Assembly: GCA_963771355.1 (NCBI GenBank)
Contig: CAVYTA010000006.1
Span: 1,856,001 to 1,920,000 of the forward strand
DNA from: an uncultured Candidatus Rokubacteria bacterium
GTDB lineage: Bacteria; Methylomirabilota; Methylomirabilia; Rokubacteriales; CSP1-6
Length of the DNA: 64,000 bases
Direction of reading: 5' to 3'
The notes below the pieces were generated by a model. The model did no database searches. It was not told the origin of the DNA and saw only the letters and a program-made list of their open reading frames with translations. The translations under genes and the position numbers were made by a program. Below are positions 38,643 through 47,950 of this stretch, in pieces; the first letter of the stretch is position 1, and every line of letters starts with the position of its first letter.

Positions 38643-40039
38643 CCGAGCCCGGCGGCACGCGCTGGGGCGGCCGCTTCGCCGGGCGCATGGACCCGGGCGC
38701 CCAGGCCTTCACCGCTTCGCTCGATTTCGACCGGCGGCTCTGGCCCTGGGACCTCGACGGCAGCCGCGCCTGGGCCCGCGCGCTGGCGCGCGCGGGCCTC
38801 CTCACCGAAGCGGAGCTGACCGCGCTGCTCGCGGGGCTCGACGCGGTGCGGGCCGAGCTCGAGAGCGGGCGCTTCCCGTTCCGGCGCGAGCTGGAGGACA
38901 TCCACCTCAATATCGAGCGCCGCCTCACCGAGCTGGCCGGACCGGTGGGCGGCAAGCTCCACACCGGGCGCTCGCGCAACGACCAGATCGCACTGGACGA
39001 ACGGCTCTACCTGCGCGACATGATCGGCGACGCGGAGGCGGGGATCCGCGAGGTCCAGGCCGCCCTGGTGGCCCGCGCCGAGGAGCACATGGGAGCGCCC
39101 ATGCCGGGCTATACCCACCTGCAGCGCGCCCAGCCGGTGCTGCTCTCGCATCACCTCCTCGCCTTCGTGTTCATGCTGGACCGCGACCGGCAGCGGCTGC
39201 GCGAGTGCCGGGAGCGGGTGAACGTGCTGCCGCTGGGCGCCTCCGCGCTGGCCGGCGCCGCCTTCCCCATCGACCGCGAGGCCCTCGCCCGCGATCTCGG
39301 CTTCGCCGCGCCCTCCGCCAACAGCCTGGACGCGGTCAGCGACCGCGACCACCTCATCGAGTTCCTCGCCGCCGCCGCCATCCTCGGCATGCACCTCTCG
39401 CGCCTCGCCGCCGATCTCACGCTGTGGACCACCAGCGAGTTCGGCTTCGTGGAGTTCGACGACAAGTTCGCGACCGGGTCGTCCATCATGCCGCAGAAGA
39501 AGAATCCCGACGTGGCGGAGCTGCTCCGCGGCAAGACGGGTCGCCTGTACGGCAACCTCATCGCGCTCCTCACCGTGATGAAGGGGCTCCCCCTCACCTA
39601 CAACTCCGACATGCAGGAGGACAAGCACCCGCTCTTCGACACCGTGGACACCCTCGAGGCGGTGCTGGCGGTGGTGCCGCCCATGCTGCGCACCCTGACC
39701 TTCCGGCTGGAGCGGATGCGCGAGGCGGCAGGGGCGAGCTTCTCCACCGCCACCGACCTCGCCGACTATCTGGTCCGCAAAGGACTGCCCTTCCGCGCGG
39801 CCCACGAGGTGGTGGGCGGCGTGGTCCGGCACGGGCTGGCGCAGGGGCGCGAGTTGGCGGCGATGTCCCTCGAGGAGCTGCGCCGCTTCTCGCCCCTCAT
39901 CGGCGCCGACGTCCACGCCGCGCTCACGGTGGAGGCCTCGCTGGCCGCGCGCGCGGTGATCGGCGGGACCGCGCCGGACGCGGTCAAGCAGGCGCTGGCG
40001 CACGCCCGCGCGCTCGTCGAGCCCGAGCCGCGACGGTGA
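38639..40039 (+). CDS. argH: Argininosuccinate lyase
   Basis: WGGRF, LHTGRSRNDQ, PGYTHLQRAQP, GSSIMPQKKNPD, YNSDMQEDK. Confidence 0.97.
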   Translation: MTEPGGTRWGGRFAGRMDPGAQAFTASLDFDRRLWPWDLDGSRAWARALARAGLLTEAELTALLAGLDAVRAELESGRFPFRRELEDIHLNIERRLTELAGPVGGKLHTGRSRNDQIALDERLYLRDMIGDAEAGIREVQAALVARAEEHMGAPMPGYTHLQRAQPVLLSHHLLAFVFMLDRDRQRLRECRERVNVLPLGASALAGAAFPIDREALARDLGFAAPSANSLDAVSDRDHLIEFLAAAAILGMHLSRLAADLTLWTTSEFGFVEFDDKFATGSSIMPQKKNPDVAELLRGKTGRLYGNLIALLTVMKGLPLTYNSDMQEDKHPLFDTVDTLEAVLAVVPPMLRTLTFRLERMREAAGASFSTATDLADYLVRKGLPFRAAHEVVGGVVRHGLAQGRELAAMSLEELRRFSPLIGADVHAALTVEASLAARAVIGGTAPDAVKQALAHARALVEPEPRR

Positions 40040-41124
40040 GGCGTCGCCCCCGCCTCCTCCTCGCCGTCGCCGTTCTGACCGCTCTCATCGCCGGCGGCGT
40101 CGGCTGCGGCAAGAAGGGTCCGCCGGTAGCGCCGGAACAGCGGCTGCCCGCTCCGCCCACCGGGATGTCCGCCACCGTGGAGGAGAATTCCGTCGTGGTC
40201 AGCTGGAGCCTTCCGCGCGGGCGCGTGGACGGGACGCCCCTGCGCGACATCACCGTCGCGCGGCTGCACCGGCGCGCCGAAGCCGAGGGTGAGCCCGCCA
40301 AGTCGGCCATGGTCTCGTCGGGTCAGGTGGTCGGATGGGAGGAGATCGCCGCCATCAAGCTCGACACCCCCGGCCCGGCGGTGGTGGAGGGCAAGGCCAT
40401 CAAGTGGATCGACCGCCGTGGGCTGGTCTTCGGGCGGCGCTACGTCTACGTGGCCACGGTGGCCGACAGCCGGGGACGGTGGAGCGCGCCCTCGGAGCGC
40501 CTCGCCGTCCTCTATCTCGCCGCGCCCCGGCCGCCGCAGGAGCTCGCCGTCGTCGCGGGCGAGGGCGAGGCGCGGCTCTCATGGCAGCCGCCCACCGGTT
40601 TGATCGACGGCAGCCCGCTGCGGGGCGAGCTGAGCTACGTGGTCTTGCGCGGCACCGGACCGGACGGTCCCCTGGCCGCCATCACCGGGGAGCCCGTGCG
40701 CGAGACGCGGTACGTCGACACCGGACTCGAGAACGAGACGCTCTACCGCTACGCGGTGCGCGCGGTGCGGCGCGAGGGCGCGGCGACGGCCTACGGCGAG
40801 CCCTCGGCGCCGGCCACGGTGACGCCGGTGGACCGCACCGCGCCCGCCCCGCCCACCAACCTCGTGGCGGTGCCGTCGGCGACGGCGGTGCGACTGGCCT
40901 GGAACCCAAGCGTCTCCCCCGACGTGACGAGCTACGTGGTGTACCGGGCGACCGGCGAGGGGCCGTTCGTTCGCATCGGGACGACGCCCGCGATCACGAA
41001 CCTGTTCACGGATCGCGAAGTGACGGCGGGGACGGGCTACCGCTATGCGGTGACCGCTCTCGACGCGGCGCGCGTGCCCAACGAGAGCGCGCGGTCGAAC
41101 GTGGCCGCGGTCAGCATTCCCTGA
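40036..41124 (+). CDS. Lipoprotein with fibronectin type III repeats
   Basis: Lipobox GVGC followed by GKKGPP; three FN3-like units (SW..P, Y.YAV.A, ESARSN). Confidence 0.8.
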   Translation: MRRRPRLLLAVAVLTALIAGGVGCGKKGPPVAPEQRLPAPPTGMSATVEENSVVVSWSLPRGRVDGTPLRDITVARLHRRAEAEGEPAKSAMVSSGQVVGWEEIAAIKLDTPGPAVVEGKAIKWIDRRGLVFGRRYVYVATVADSRGRWSAPSERLAVLYLAAPRPPQELAVVAGEGEARLSWQPPTGLIDGSPLRGELSYVVLRGTGPDGPLAAITGEPVRETRYVDTGLENETLYRYAVRAVRREGAATAYGEPSAPATVTPVDRTAPAPPTNLVAVPSATAVRLAWNPSVSPDVTSYVVYRATGEGPFVRIGTTPAITNLFTDREVTAGTGYRYAVTALDAARVPNESARSNVAAVSIP

Positions 41125-41136
41125 CCCGGCGGCGGA

Positions 41137-42411
41137 TCACACCTCGTTGGCCCACACCTCGGCGGGATCCTGCCGGCGGCGGAGGAGGCGCAAGGTCCCG
41201 TCGGCCTCCAGCATGACCTCGGGCGCCTGCGGGTAGGAGTTGTAGTTGATGGTGGACATCGCCGCGCAGTAAGCTCCCGCCCCGCCCACCACCACGAGGT
41301 CGCCGATGCGCGGCATGGGTACCCAGCGCGGCGCGAGGGCCTCGGGATCGCCGGGGGCCGGGGTGAGGATGTCGCCCGACTCGCAGCAGGGCCCGACGAA
41401 GACCACCTCCGCGGCCGGTCGCGCGGGCGCACCGTCGGGGGCCACCAGCACGTCGATGGGGTGTTGCGCGCCGTAGAGCGACGGGCGCGTGACCTCGGTC
41501 ATCCCGGTGTCGAGCTTGGCGAAACGATAGCCATCGTTGCCCGTGTCCACCACGTCGATGCACGTCGCCACCACCGCGCCCCCGCGCGCCACCAGGAAGG
41601 TGCCGGGCTCGATCTCGAGATGGGGCGTGCGCCCGGTGCGGTCACGGAAGGCCATCAGCTCCCGCCGCACGTGCCCGCCCACGTCGACGAGATCCACCGA
41701 GGGCTCCTCCGGCATCCGGCCCACCTTGAAGCCGCCGCCCAGATTGACGCTCACCACGTCGGGGAGCCGCGCGGCAAGATCGAGGGTCATCCGCGCCACC
41801 CGCTTCCACACCTCGGGATCGGTGCCGGAGCCGATATGCGTGTGCAGGCCGCGGATGGTCACCCGGTGGCGCGCGGCAATGCGCAGCACCTCTTCGAGGT
41901 GCTCGTGCCAGATCCCGAAGGAGGAGCCGGGCCCCCCCGTGTTGGTGCGGTTGGTGGCACCGCTGCCGAGGCCCGGATTCATCCGCACGCTGACCTGACC
42001 CCCGGGCGCGGCGCGTCCGAACTCCTCGAGCTGATGCAGCGAGCAGGCGTTGAAGAGAATGCCCCGCGCGAGGTGGTCGCCGAGCCGCCGCGACGGCATC
42101 TGGGAGGTGAGCTGGATGGCCTCGGGCTTGAAGCCCGCCCGCAGCGCGCGCTCCACCTCGAAATCGCTGGAGGCGTCGAGATGGAGTCCCAGGTCGCGGA
42201 AGATCGCGAGGATGCCCGCGCTGGGATTGGCCTTCATGGCATAGCGCAGGGTGAAGCCGAAGGGGGCGGGGAACGCGAGCGCCTCCCGCGCGGTGGCCTC
42301 CAGCGTGGCGCGATCGTAGACGTAGGACGGGGTGCCGAAACGCTCGCGCACCTCGGCGGCGCGCGCGTGGCTGAGAAAGGGCACCGCGGGCGTCGCGGGG
42401 GTCGGGCTCAT
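41137..42411 (-). CDS. lysA: Diaminopimelate decarboxylase
   Basis: YAMKAN PLP lysine, HTHIGSG, NLGGGF, IEPG, GPCCESGD, GAY. Confidence 0.9.
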   Translation of the reverse strand: MSPTPATPAVPFLSHARAAEVRERFGTPSYVYDRATLEATAREALAFPAPFGFTLRYAMKANPSAGILAIFRDLGLHLDASSDFEVERALRAGFKPEAIQLTSQMPSRRLGDHLARGILFNACSLHQLEEFGRAAPGGQVSVRMNPGLGSGATNRTNTGGPGSSFGIWHEHLEEVLRIAARHRVTIRGLHTHIGSGTDPEVWKRVARMTLDLAARLPDVVSVNLGGGFKVGRMPEEPSVDLVDVGGHVRRELMAFRDRTGRTPHLEIEPGTFLVARGGAVVATCIDVVDTGNDGYRFAKLDTGMTEVTRPSLYGAQHPIDVLVAPDGAPARPAAEVVFVGPCCESGDILTPAPGDPEALAPRWVPMPRIGDLVVVGGAGAYCAAMSTINYNSYPQAPEVMLEADGTLRLLRRRQDPAEVWANEV

Positions 42412-42500
42412 GCCGAGGATGATAACTCAAGGGCCGGCTGGCTTGAAGAGCCTCGCCACTTGGTGCTAGAGTCCAACCAGTCCTCGCGGCTGAACGCATG

Positions 42501-42557
42501 GAGTCACGCCGCGAGTCATGCCGAGTGTCATGGCCGAGTGTCATGCCGAGTCTCATG
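42501..42557. repeat. Five degenerate 10-13 bp tandem repeats gagt(gt)catgcc
   Basis: gagtcacgccgc, gagtcatgcc, gagtgtcatggcc, gagtgtcatgcc, gagtctcatg directly before the dapA RBS. Confidence 0.7.
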
Positions 42558-42568
42558 GAGGATCCGCC

Positions 42569-43459
42569 ATGCGTCCCATGTTCCAGGGCTCCATCGTCGC
42601 GCTGGTGACCCCCTTCCGGAACGGCGCCGTGGACGAGACGAAGCTTCGAGACCTTGTCGACTTCCACGCGACCAACGGCACCGACGGCATCGTGCCCTGC
42701 GGCACCACCGGCGAGTCGCCTACCCTCCGACACGACGAGCACAAGCGCGTGGTGGAGATCGTGGTCGAGGCCGCGCACGGCCGGCTGCCCATCATCGCGG
42801 GCACGGGCTCCAACTCGACGGTGGAGGCCATCGATCTCACGCGCCATGCCAAGCGAGCGGGCGCCACCGCTGCCCTCGTGGTCAATCCCTACTACAACAA
42901 GCCCACCCAGGAAGGTCTCTACCGGCACTTCCGCGCCATCGCGGAGTCGGTGGACATTCCGATCATCGTCTACAACATCGCCGGCCGTACCGCGATCAAT
43001 GTGGAAACGGACACCCTGGCGCGGCTCGTCAAGGACTGCCCCGGCATCGTGGGAGTGAAGGAAGCCTCGGGCTCGCTGGACCAGATGACCCAGGTCATCC
43101 TCGCCTGTGGGCCGGATTTCAGCGTGCTGTCCGGTGACGACAACCTCACCCTGCCCCTCATGGCGGTGGGGGGGCGCGGTGTCATCTCCGTCATCGCCAA
43201 CCTGATGCCCAAGGAGACCGCCGAGCTGACGCATGCCGCGCTCAGCGGGGACTGGAAGCTGGCCCGCGATCTCCACCACCGGCTCTACCCGCTGTCCCGG
43301 GCGGCCTTCCTCGAGACCAACCCCATCCCCATCAAGGAAGCGATGGCGATGGTGGGGATGATCGAGCCCGAGTTCCGCTTGCCGATGTGCCGGATGGGTG
43401 ACGCCAACCGCGAGAAGCTGCGGGGCGTGCTGCGCCAGCTGGGCCTTCTCAAGGGCTGA
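42569..43459 (+). CDS. dapA: 4-hydroxy-tetrahydrodipicolinate synthase
   Basis: GSIVALVTPF, GTTGES, PYYNKP, YNIAGRT, VKEASG, LSGDD, ETNPIP. Confidence 0.96.
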   Translation: MRPMFQGSIVALVTPFRNGAVDETKLRDLVDFHATNGTDGIVPCGTTGESPTLRHDEHKRVVEIVVEAAHGRLPIIAGTGSNSTVEAIDLTRHAKRAGATAALVVNPYYNKPTQEGLYRHFRAIAESVDIPIIVYNIAGRTAINVETDTLARLVKDCPGIVGVKEASGSLDQMTQVILACGPDFSVLSGDDNLTLPLMAVGGRGVISVIANLMPKETAELTHAALSGDWKLARDLHHRLYPLSRAAFLETNPIPIKEAMAMVGMIEPEFRLPMCRMGDANREKLRGVLRQLGLLKG

Positions 43460-43471
43460 CCGGCCGCCGCA

Positions 43472-44275
43472 ATGGCTGACGTGGTCGTCGCCGGCGCTGC
43501 CGGCCGTATGGGGTGCCGTCTCGTCGCCAATCTCCAGGGGGACACGGACCTGCGCCTGTCGGCCGCCCTCGAGGCGCCGGGGCATCCCGCGGTGGGCAAG
43601 GACGCGGGCGAGGTCGCCGGGGTCGGCCGTAGCGGCGTGGCCATCACCGACAAGGCCGAGGGCGCGCTCGGCGCCGACCGGATCCTGATCGAGTTCTCCG
43701 TCCCGGAGGCGACCCTGGCGCATCTCCGCCTGGTGGCGCGTGACGGCGGCCGCGCGGTGATCGGCACCACCGGGCTGTCGCCCGCTCAACGGGAAGAGAT
43801 CGCGGGCCTGGCCCGGCAGGCGCCCATCCTCCTCTCTCCCAACATGAGCGTGGCGGTGAACGTCGCCTTTCACGTGCTGCGGGACATGGCGCGGCTGCTC
43901 GGCGACGAGTTCGATGTGGAGGTCACCGAGATCCACCACCGCTTCAAGAAGGACGCGCCCAGCGGCACCGCGCTGCGGATGGCGGAGGTGGTGGCGGAGG
44001 CGCTGGGGCGCAACCTCGCCGACACCGCGGTGTACGGCCGCCACGGCCTGCCCGGCGAGCGGACGCGCCAGGAGATCGGCATCTTCTCGCTGCGCTCGGG
44101 CGACGTGGTGGGCGACCACACGGTATCCTTCGGCACCCTCGGCGAGCGCCTCGAGCTCACCCATCGCTCGCACAATCGCGACAACTACGCGCGGGGTGCC
44201 CTGCGGGCGGCTCGCTTCATCAGCGGCGCCCGTCCCGGTCTCTATTCCATGCAAGACGTCCTCGGACTCGGCTGA
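43472..44275 (+). CDS. dapB: 4-hydroxy-tetrahydrodipicolinate reductase
   Basis: GAAGRMG, GTTG, EIHHRFKKDAPSGTA. Confidence 0.96.
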   Translation: MADVVVAGAAGRMGCRLVANLQGDTDLRLSAALEAPGHPAVGKDAGEVAGVGRSGVAITDKAEGALGADRILIEFSVPEATLAHLRLVARDGGRAVIGTTGLSPAQREEIAGLARQAPILLSPNMSVAVNVAFHVLRDMARLLGDEFDVEVTEIHHRFKKDAPSGTALRMAEVVAEALGRNLADTAVYGRHGLPGERTRQEIGIFSLRSGDVVGDHTVSFGTLGERLELTHRSHNRDNYARGALRAARFISGARPGLYSMQDVLGLG

Positions 44276-44276
44276 G

Positions 44277-45074
44277 ATGCGCATCGTCCGCTTCAAGACC
44301 GCGGGCAAGGTGCGCTTCGGCGTGGTGGAGGGCACCCACGTCGTCGAGTACGCCGGCACGCCCTTCGGACCGTTCCGTCGCGGGCGCAAGAAGTACCCGC
44401 TCCGGCAGACCGTGCTCCTCGTCCCCGTGGTCCCGTCGAAGATCGTGGCGGTGGGGCTCAACTACCGTGACCACGCGGAGGAGATGCGGCTGCTGATTCC
44501 CACCGAGCCGCGGATCTTCTTCAAGCCGCCCTCCGCGCTGTGCGGCCCGGACGATCCCATCGTCTATCCGGCGTGCTCGGGCCGGGTGGACTTCGAGGCG
44601 GAGCTGGCGGTGGTCATCAAGAAGCGCTGCCGCAACGTGCCGCCGGAGCGCGCCCGCGAGCACGTGCTGGGCTACACCTGCCTCAACGACGTGACCGCCC
44701 GCGATCTCCAGAGCCGCGACGGTCAGCCCAGCCGCGCCAAGGCCTTCGACACCTTCTGCCCGGTGGGCCCGTGCATCGCCACTGACATCGATCCCAACGG
44801 GGTCGAGATCGAGGCCTATCTCAACGGCGAGCGCCGGCAGAGCGGGAACACGAAGAGCTTGATCTTCCCGGTGGAGGATCTCATCGCCCGCATCTCCGCC
44901 GTGATGACCCTCCTGCCCGGGGACCTCATCGCCACCGGCACCCCTGCCGGGGTGGGCTCCCTCCAGCCCGGGGACAAGATCGAGGTCCGTATCGAGGGGA
45001 TCGGCAGCCTGGCCAACCCCGTCATCCGGCTCTCTCCGAGATCCGGGCCTGAGAGACCTCCCGCTGGCCTCTGA
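44277..45074 (+). CDS. Fumarylacetoacetate hydrolase family protein
   Basis: KIVAVGLNY, FFKP, DFEAEL, NDVTARD, KAFDTF, GDLIATGTP. Confidence 0.92.
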   Translation: MRIVRFKTAGKVRFGVVEGTHVVEYAGTPFGPFRRGRKKYPLRQTVLLVPVVPSKIVAVGLNYRDHAEEMRLLIPTEPRIFFKPPSALCGPDDPIVYPACSGRVDFEAELAVVIKKRCRNVPPERAREHVLGYTCLNDVTARDLQSRDGQPSRAKAFDTFCPVGPCIATDIDPNGVEIEAYLNGERRQSGNTKSLIFPVEDLIARISAVMTLLPGDLIATGTPAGVGSLQPGDKIEVRIEGIGSLANPVIRLSPRSGPERPPAGL

Positions 45075-45426
45075 TAAGATATTCCTCGAGGACATCCGGT
45101 TTTACGGGCACCATGGTGTCACCCGCGCCCAGCAGACCGTGGGCGCCTGGTTCTCGGTGGACGTGGAGCTGTCGGTGGACGTGGGGCCCGCCGCGGCCTC
45201 CGACGACGTCCGGGCCACGGTGGACTACGGGCTGGTCGCCGCCCAGGTCGTGGAGATGTGCACCAAGCAACGGGTGAACCTCCTGGAGCGGCTGGCGGTG
45301 GGGGTGGCGGGGATGCTGCTCGCCGAGTTCCCCTGCTCCGAGGTCCGGGTGCGGGTCCGGAAGCTGACGCCGCCGATGGAAGGGCTGCACGCGACACCAG
45401 GGGTCGAGGTGACGCGGCGGCGCTGA
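45064..45426 (+). CDS. folB: Dihydroneopterin aldolase
   Basis: DKIFLEDIRFYGHHGV, TVDYG, LLERLA, RVRK..PP; conserved N-terminus implies a CTG start (~45064). Confidence 0.88.
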   Translation: MASDKIFLEDIRFYGHHGVTRAQQTVGAWFSVDVELSVDVGPAAASDDVRATVDYGLVAAQVVEMCTKQRVNLLERLAVGVAGMLLAEFPCSEVRVRVRKLTPPMEGLHATPGVEVTRRR

Positions 45427-45428
45427 CA

Positions 45429-45977
45429 ATGCCGAGAGTATTCCTGAGCGTCGGGTCCAACATGGGTGATCGCGTGCAGTGCATGCGCGATGCGGTGGCG
45501 CGCCTGCGCGCGCTGCACGACGTGGTCTTCGTGGACGCCTCACCCCTCTATCAGACCGAGCCGTGGGAGCAGCGACCCGGCGAGGTCCCCGATCCCGACG
45601 CGTGGTTCTTCAACTGTGTGGTGGCGATCGACACCACCCTGCCCGCCCGCGATCTGCTCGCGGAGCTCCAGGCCATCGAGGCCGCGCTCGGTCGCGTGCG
45701 GGGGACGGGGACCCAGGAGAGCCAGCGCTACGATCCGCGGCCGCTCGACATCGACATCCTGCTCTACGGCCACGAGGTCATCGCCGCGTCCGACGCCCTC
45801 CACGTCCCGCATCTCCTGATGCACGAGCGCGGCTTCGTGCTGCGCCCCCTGGCGGACCTGGCGCCGGACTTCGAGCATCCCATCCTCTACCAGACCATCC
45901 GGGAGCTGGTGGCCGCGCTGGAAGACGAACACGAGGTTCGCCCGTCCGATCTGCCCCGGCGCTGGTTCGAGCGGTGA
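45429..45977 (+). CDS. folK: 2-amino-4-hydroxy-6-hydroxymethyldihydropteridine diphosphokinase
   Basis: SVGSNMGD, YQTEP, FFNCV, PRPLDIDIL, VPH..MHERGFVLRPL. Confidence 0.93.
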   Translation: MPRVFLSVGSNMGDRVQCMRDAVARLRALHDVVFVDASPLYQTEPWEQRPGEVPDPDAWFFNCVVAIDTTLPARDLLAELQAIEAALGRVRGTGTQESQRYDPRPLDIDILLYGHEVIAASDALHVPHLLMHERGFVLRPLADLAPDFEHPILYQTIRELVAALEDEHEVRPSDLPRRWFER

Positions 45978-46495
45978 GCGACGAGGAGTTCCGGCGGCAG
46001 GCCCTCACCCACCTCGATGCCCTCCACAACCTCGCCGTCTACCTGACCCGGAACGGCTCGGAAGCGGAGGATCTGGTCCAGGAAACCTATGTCCGGGCCA
46101 TGCGTTTCTCCCATCGCTTCCAGCCGGGAACCCATCTCCGCGCCTGGTTGTTCCAGATCCTGAGGAACACCTTCCTCACGTTTTACCGGCTTCGGGAGCG
46201 CGAACCGGCGCTTTCCGAGGACGGGGTACCGGCGGGCGGGGCGCCAATGTTCCATGACGCCCCGGACCAGGATGGGGCGAGCACGGAGGTCCTCACGGAC
46301 CTGGACCGGGCACTGTCCCGACTCCCGGAGGAGTTCAAGACCCCGCTCCTGCTCGCCGAAGTGGAAGGACTGCCTCTGGACGAGGTCGCGCAGATCATGG
46401 ATTGCCCGGTGGGAACGGTGAAGTCGCGCATCTTCCGGGCGAAGGAGCGGTTACGCGACTATCTCAAGGACTACGGACAGGATTTCAGGAGCTGA
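45974..46495 (+). CDS. ECF sigma factor (SigH/RpoE-like)
   Basis: AEDLVQETY, FQPGTHLRAWLFQILRN, CPVGTVKSRIFRA; GTGA overlap with folK. Confidence 0.92.
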   Translation: MSDEEFRRQALTHLDALHNLAVYLTRNGSEAEDLVQETYVRAMRFSHRFQPGTHLRAWLFQILRNTFLTFYRLREREPALSEDGVPAGGAPMFHDAPDQDGASTEVLTDLDRALSRLPEEFKTPLLLAEVEGLPLDEVAQIMDCPVGTVKSRIFRAKERLRDYLKDYGQDFRS

Positions 46496-46505
46496 GCGGA
46501 CCGAC

Positions 46506-47234
46506 ATGGCACGAGATCCCGGGGAGGACCAGCCGATAGGTGACGATCGGCTGGTGGATCGCGCCCTGCGCGAGCGGCTGGGGCGCTACCCGGCCTCTCC
46601 CCGTCTGCGCGCCTCCCTCCTGCGCGCGCTCGAGGCGGAGGCCGCGCCGCCCCGCTGGGGCGCGAAATGGCTGGCGCCCGCGGTTTCCGCCCTGGCCACC
46701 GCGGTGGTGATGCTCCTCTGGATTGCGGGCGGGCTGCCCACCGCGGTGCCCGGGGATCCCCTGCGCGATCTCACCCGTGCGGTGGTCACGGAGCACGCGC
46801 GCACCCTGTCCTGGACCGATGCCCAGCCCGACGTGGTGCCCGCCACCCTGCCCCGGGTAATGGACGAGAGCGGCATCATCCTCAACCTCGTCTTCACCGG
46901 CGACAGCGACCTCCGGCTGGTCAATGCCCATCCGACCTATGTGGAGGGACACCGCGGCCTCTCCCTCGCCTATCAGGACACGCGTGGGCACGGGGTGACC
47001 TACGTCATCTTCCCCGGCGCGGTCACGGTGGCGCTGCCGGAGCAAGAACGGGTCAAGATCGAGACCTGGCGCCCGGTGGTGCGCAAGGAAAGCGGCTTCA
47101 GCCTGATCATGTGGAAGCAGCAGGGGCTCTTCTGCGTGCTCGTCGCGGATCTCGTCTCCGACGACGATCTCGCCCGCCTCAAACAGTACTTCGTGAAGGT
47201 TCGCTCGGCGACGGATCTCTACCAGCGCTACTAG
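46506..47234 (+). CDS. Putative transmembrane anti-sigma factor
   Basis: Directly downstream of the ECF gene; single TM followed by an extracytoplasmic domain. Confidence 0.65.
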   Translation: MARDPGEDQPIGDDRLVDRALRERLGRYPASPRLRASLLRALEAEAAPPRWGAKWLAPAVSALATAVVMLLWIAGGLPTAVPGDPLRDLTRAVVTEHARTLSWTDAQPDVVPATLPRVMDESGIILNLVFTGDSDLRLVNAHPTYVEGHRGLSLAYQDTRGHGVTYVIFPGAVTVALPEQERVKIETWRPVVRKESGFSLIMWKQQGLFCVLVADLVSDDDLARLKQYFVKVRSATDLYQRY

Positions 47235-47950
47235 CCCGCCGTTCCGTGCCCGCCCCGGTCCGCTCGACCGTGAAGGGCAGGGCCATGATGGCCCAGAGCA
47301 CCATGACCACCTCGGAGTCGCCGAAGTTGTACTCCGCCAGCCCGCCACCACGAAGCCCGTCACCGCGGCGAGGCAGCCCACCACCAGGTCGCGCTCGGCC
47401 TCATGTCCCGGGGGGAAGCCGCCGGAGGATCGCGCCCGCGCGCGCGTAGAACGCCACCCAGATCCACAGCCACGCGGCGAGGCCGATCAGCCCGCGCTCG
47501 ACGAGGATCTGGAGCGGCGTGTTGTGCACGTGGCCGGTGCGCTTCTTGAATGCCTCCGGGACAGGCCGCCACCTGCAGCAGGCCGGTCGCGGCGGCGACC
47601 GTGGTCACCAGCGCGAGCACCCCCAGCCATCGCCGGGCCTCCCCGGGTCCGCGCAGCAGACCCGCGGTCACCCAGGCGGTGAGCACGAGGACGATGTCCT
47701 TCGACGCGACCAGGCTCGTGAGCGGCGTCTCCGAGGCCAGCGCCGAAGCCAGCGTGGCCGCGGTGAAGGCGAGGAGCGGCCCCTGGAGCGGCAGGACGCC
47801 AGCGGCGCGGCGGACGGGATCCTGCCGGGCCCGCAGCAGCCAGAGGAGCACGAGCGCGGTGAGGCTGACCTGCGCGAGCGAGATGGAGGTGCCGAGCCCG
47901 ACCGCGAACAGGACGAGCAAACTGCGGCGGAGCCGCTCCGCGTCAGTAGG
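47231..47950 (-). pseudogene. O-antigen ligase (WaaL/Wzy_C) family, internally deleted and frameshifted
   Basis: Fragments in different frames: N-terminal TMs ...LQVAACP; KKRTGHVHNTPLQILVERGLIG; ERDLVVGCLAAVTGFVVAG; EYNFGDSEV; boundaries approximate. Confidence 0.75.
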
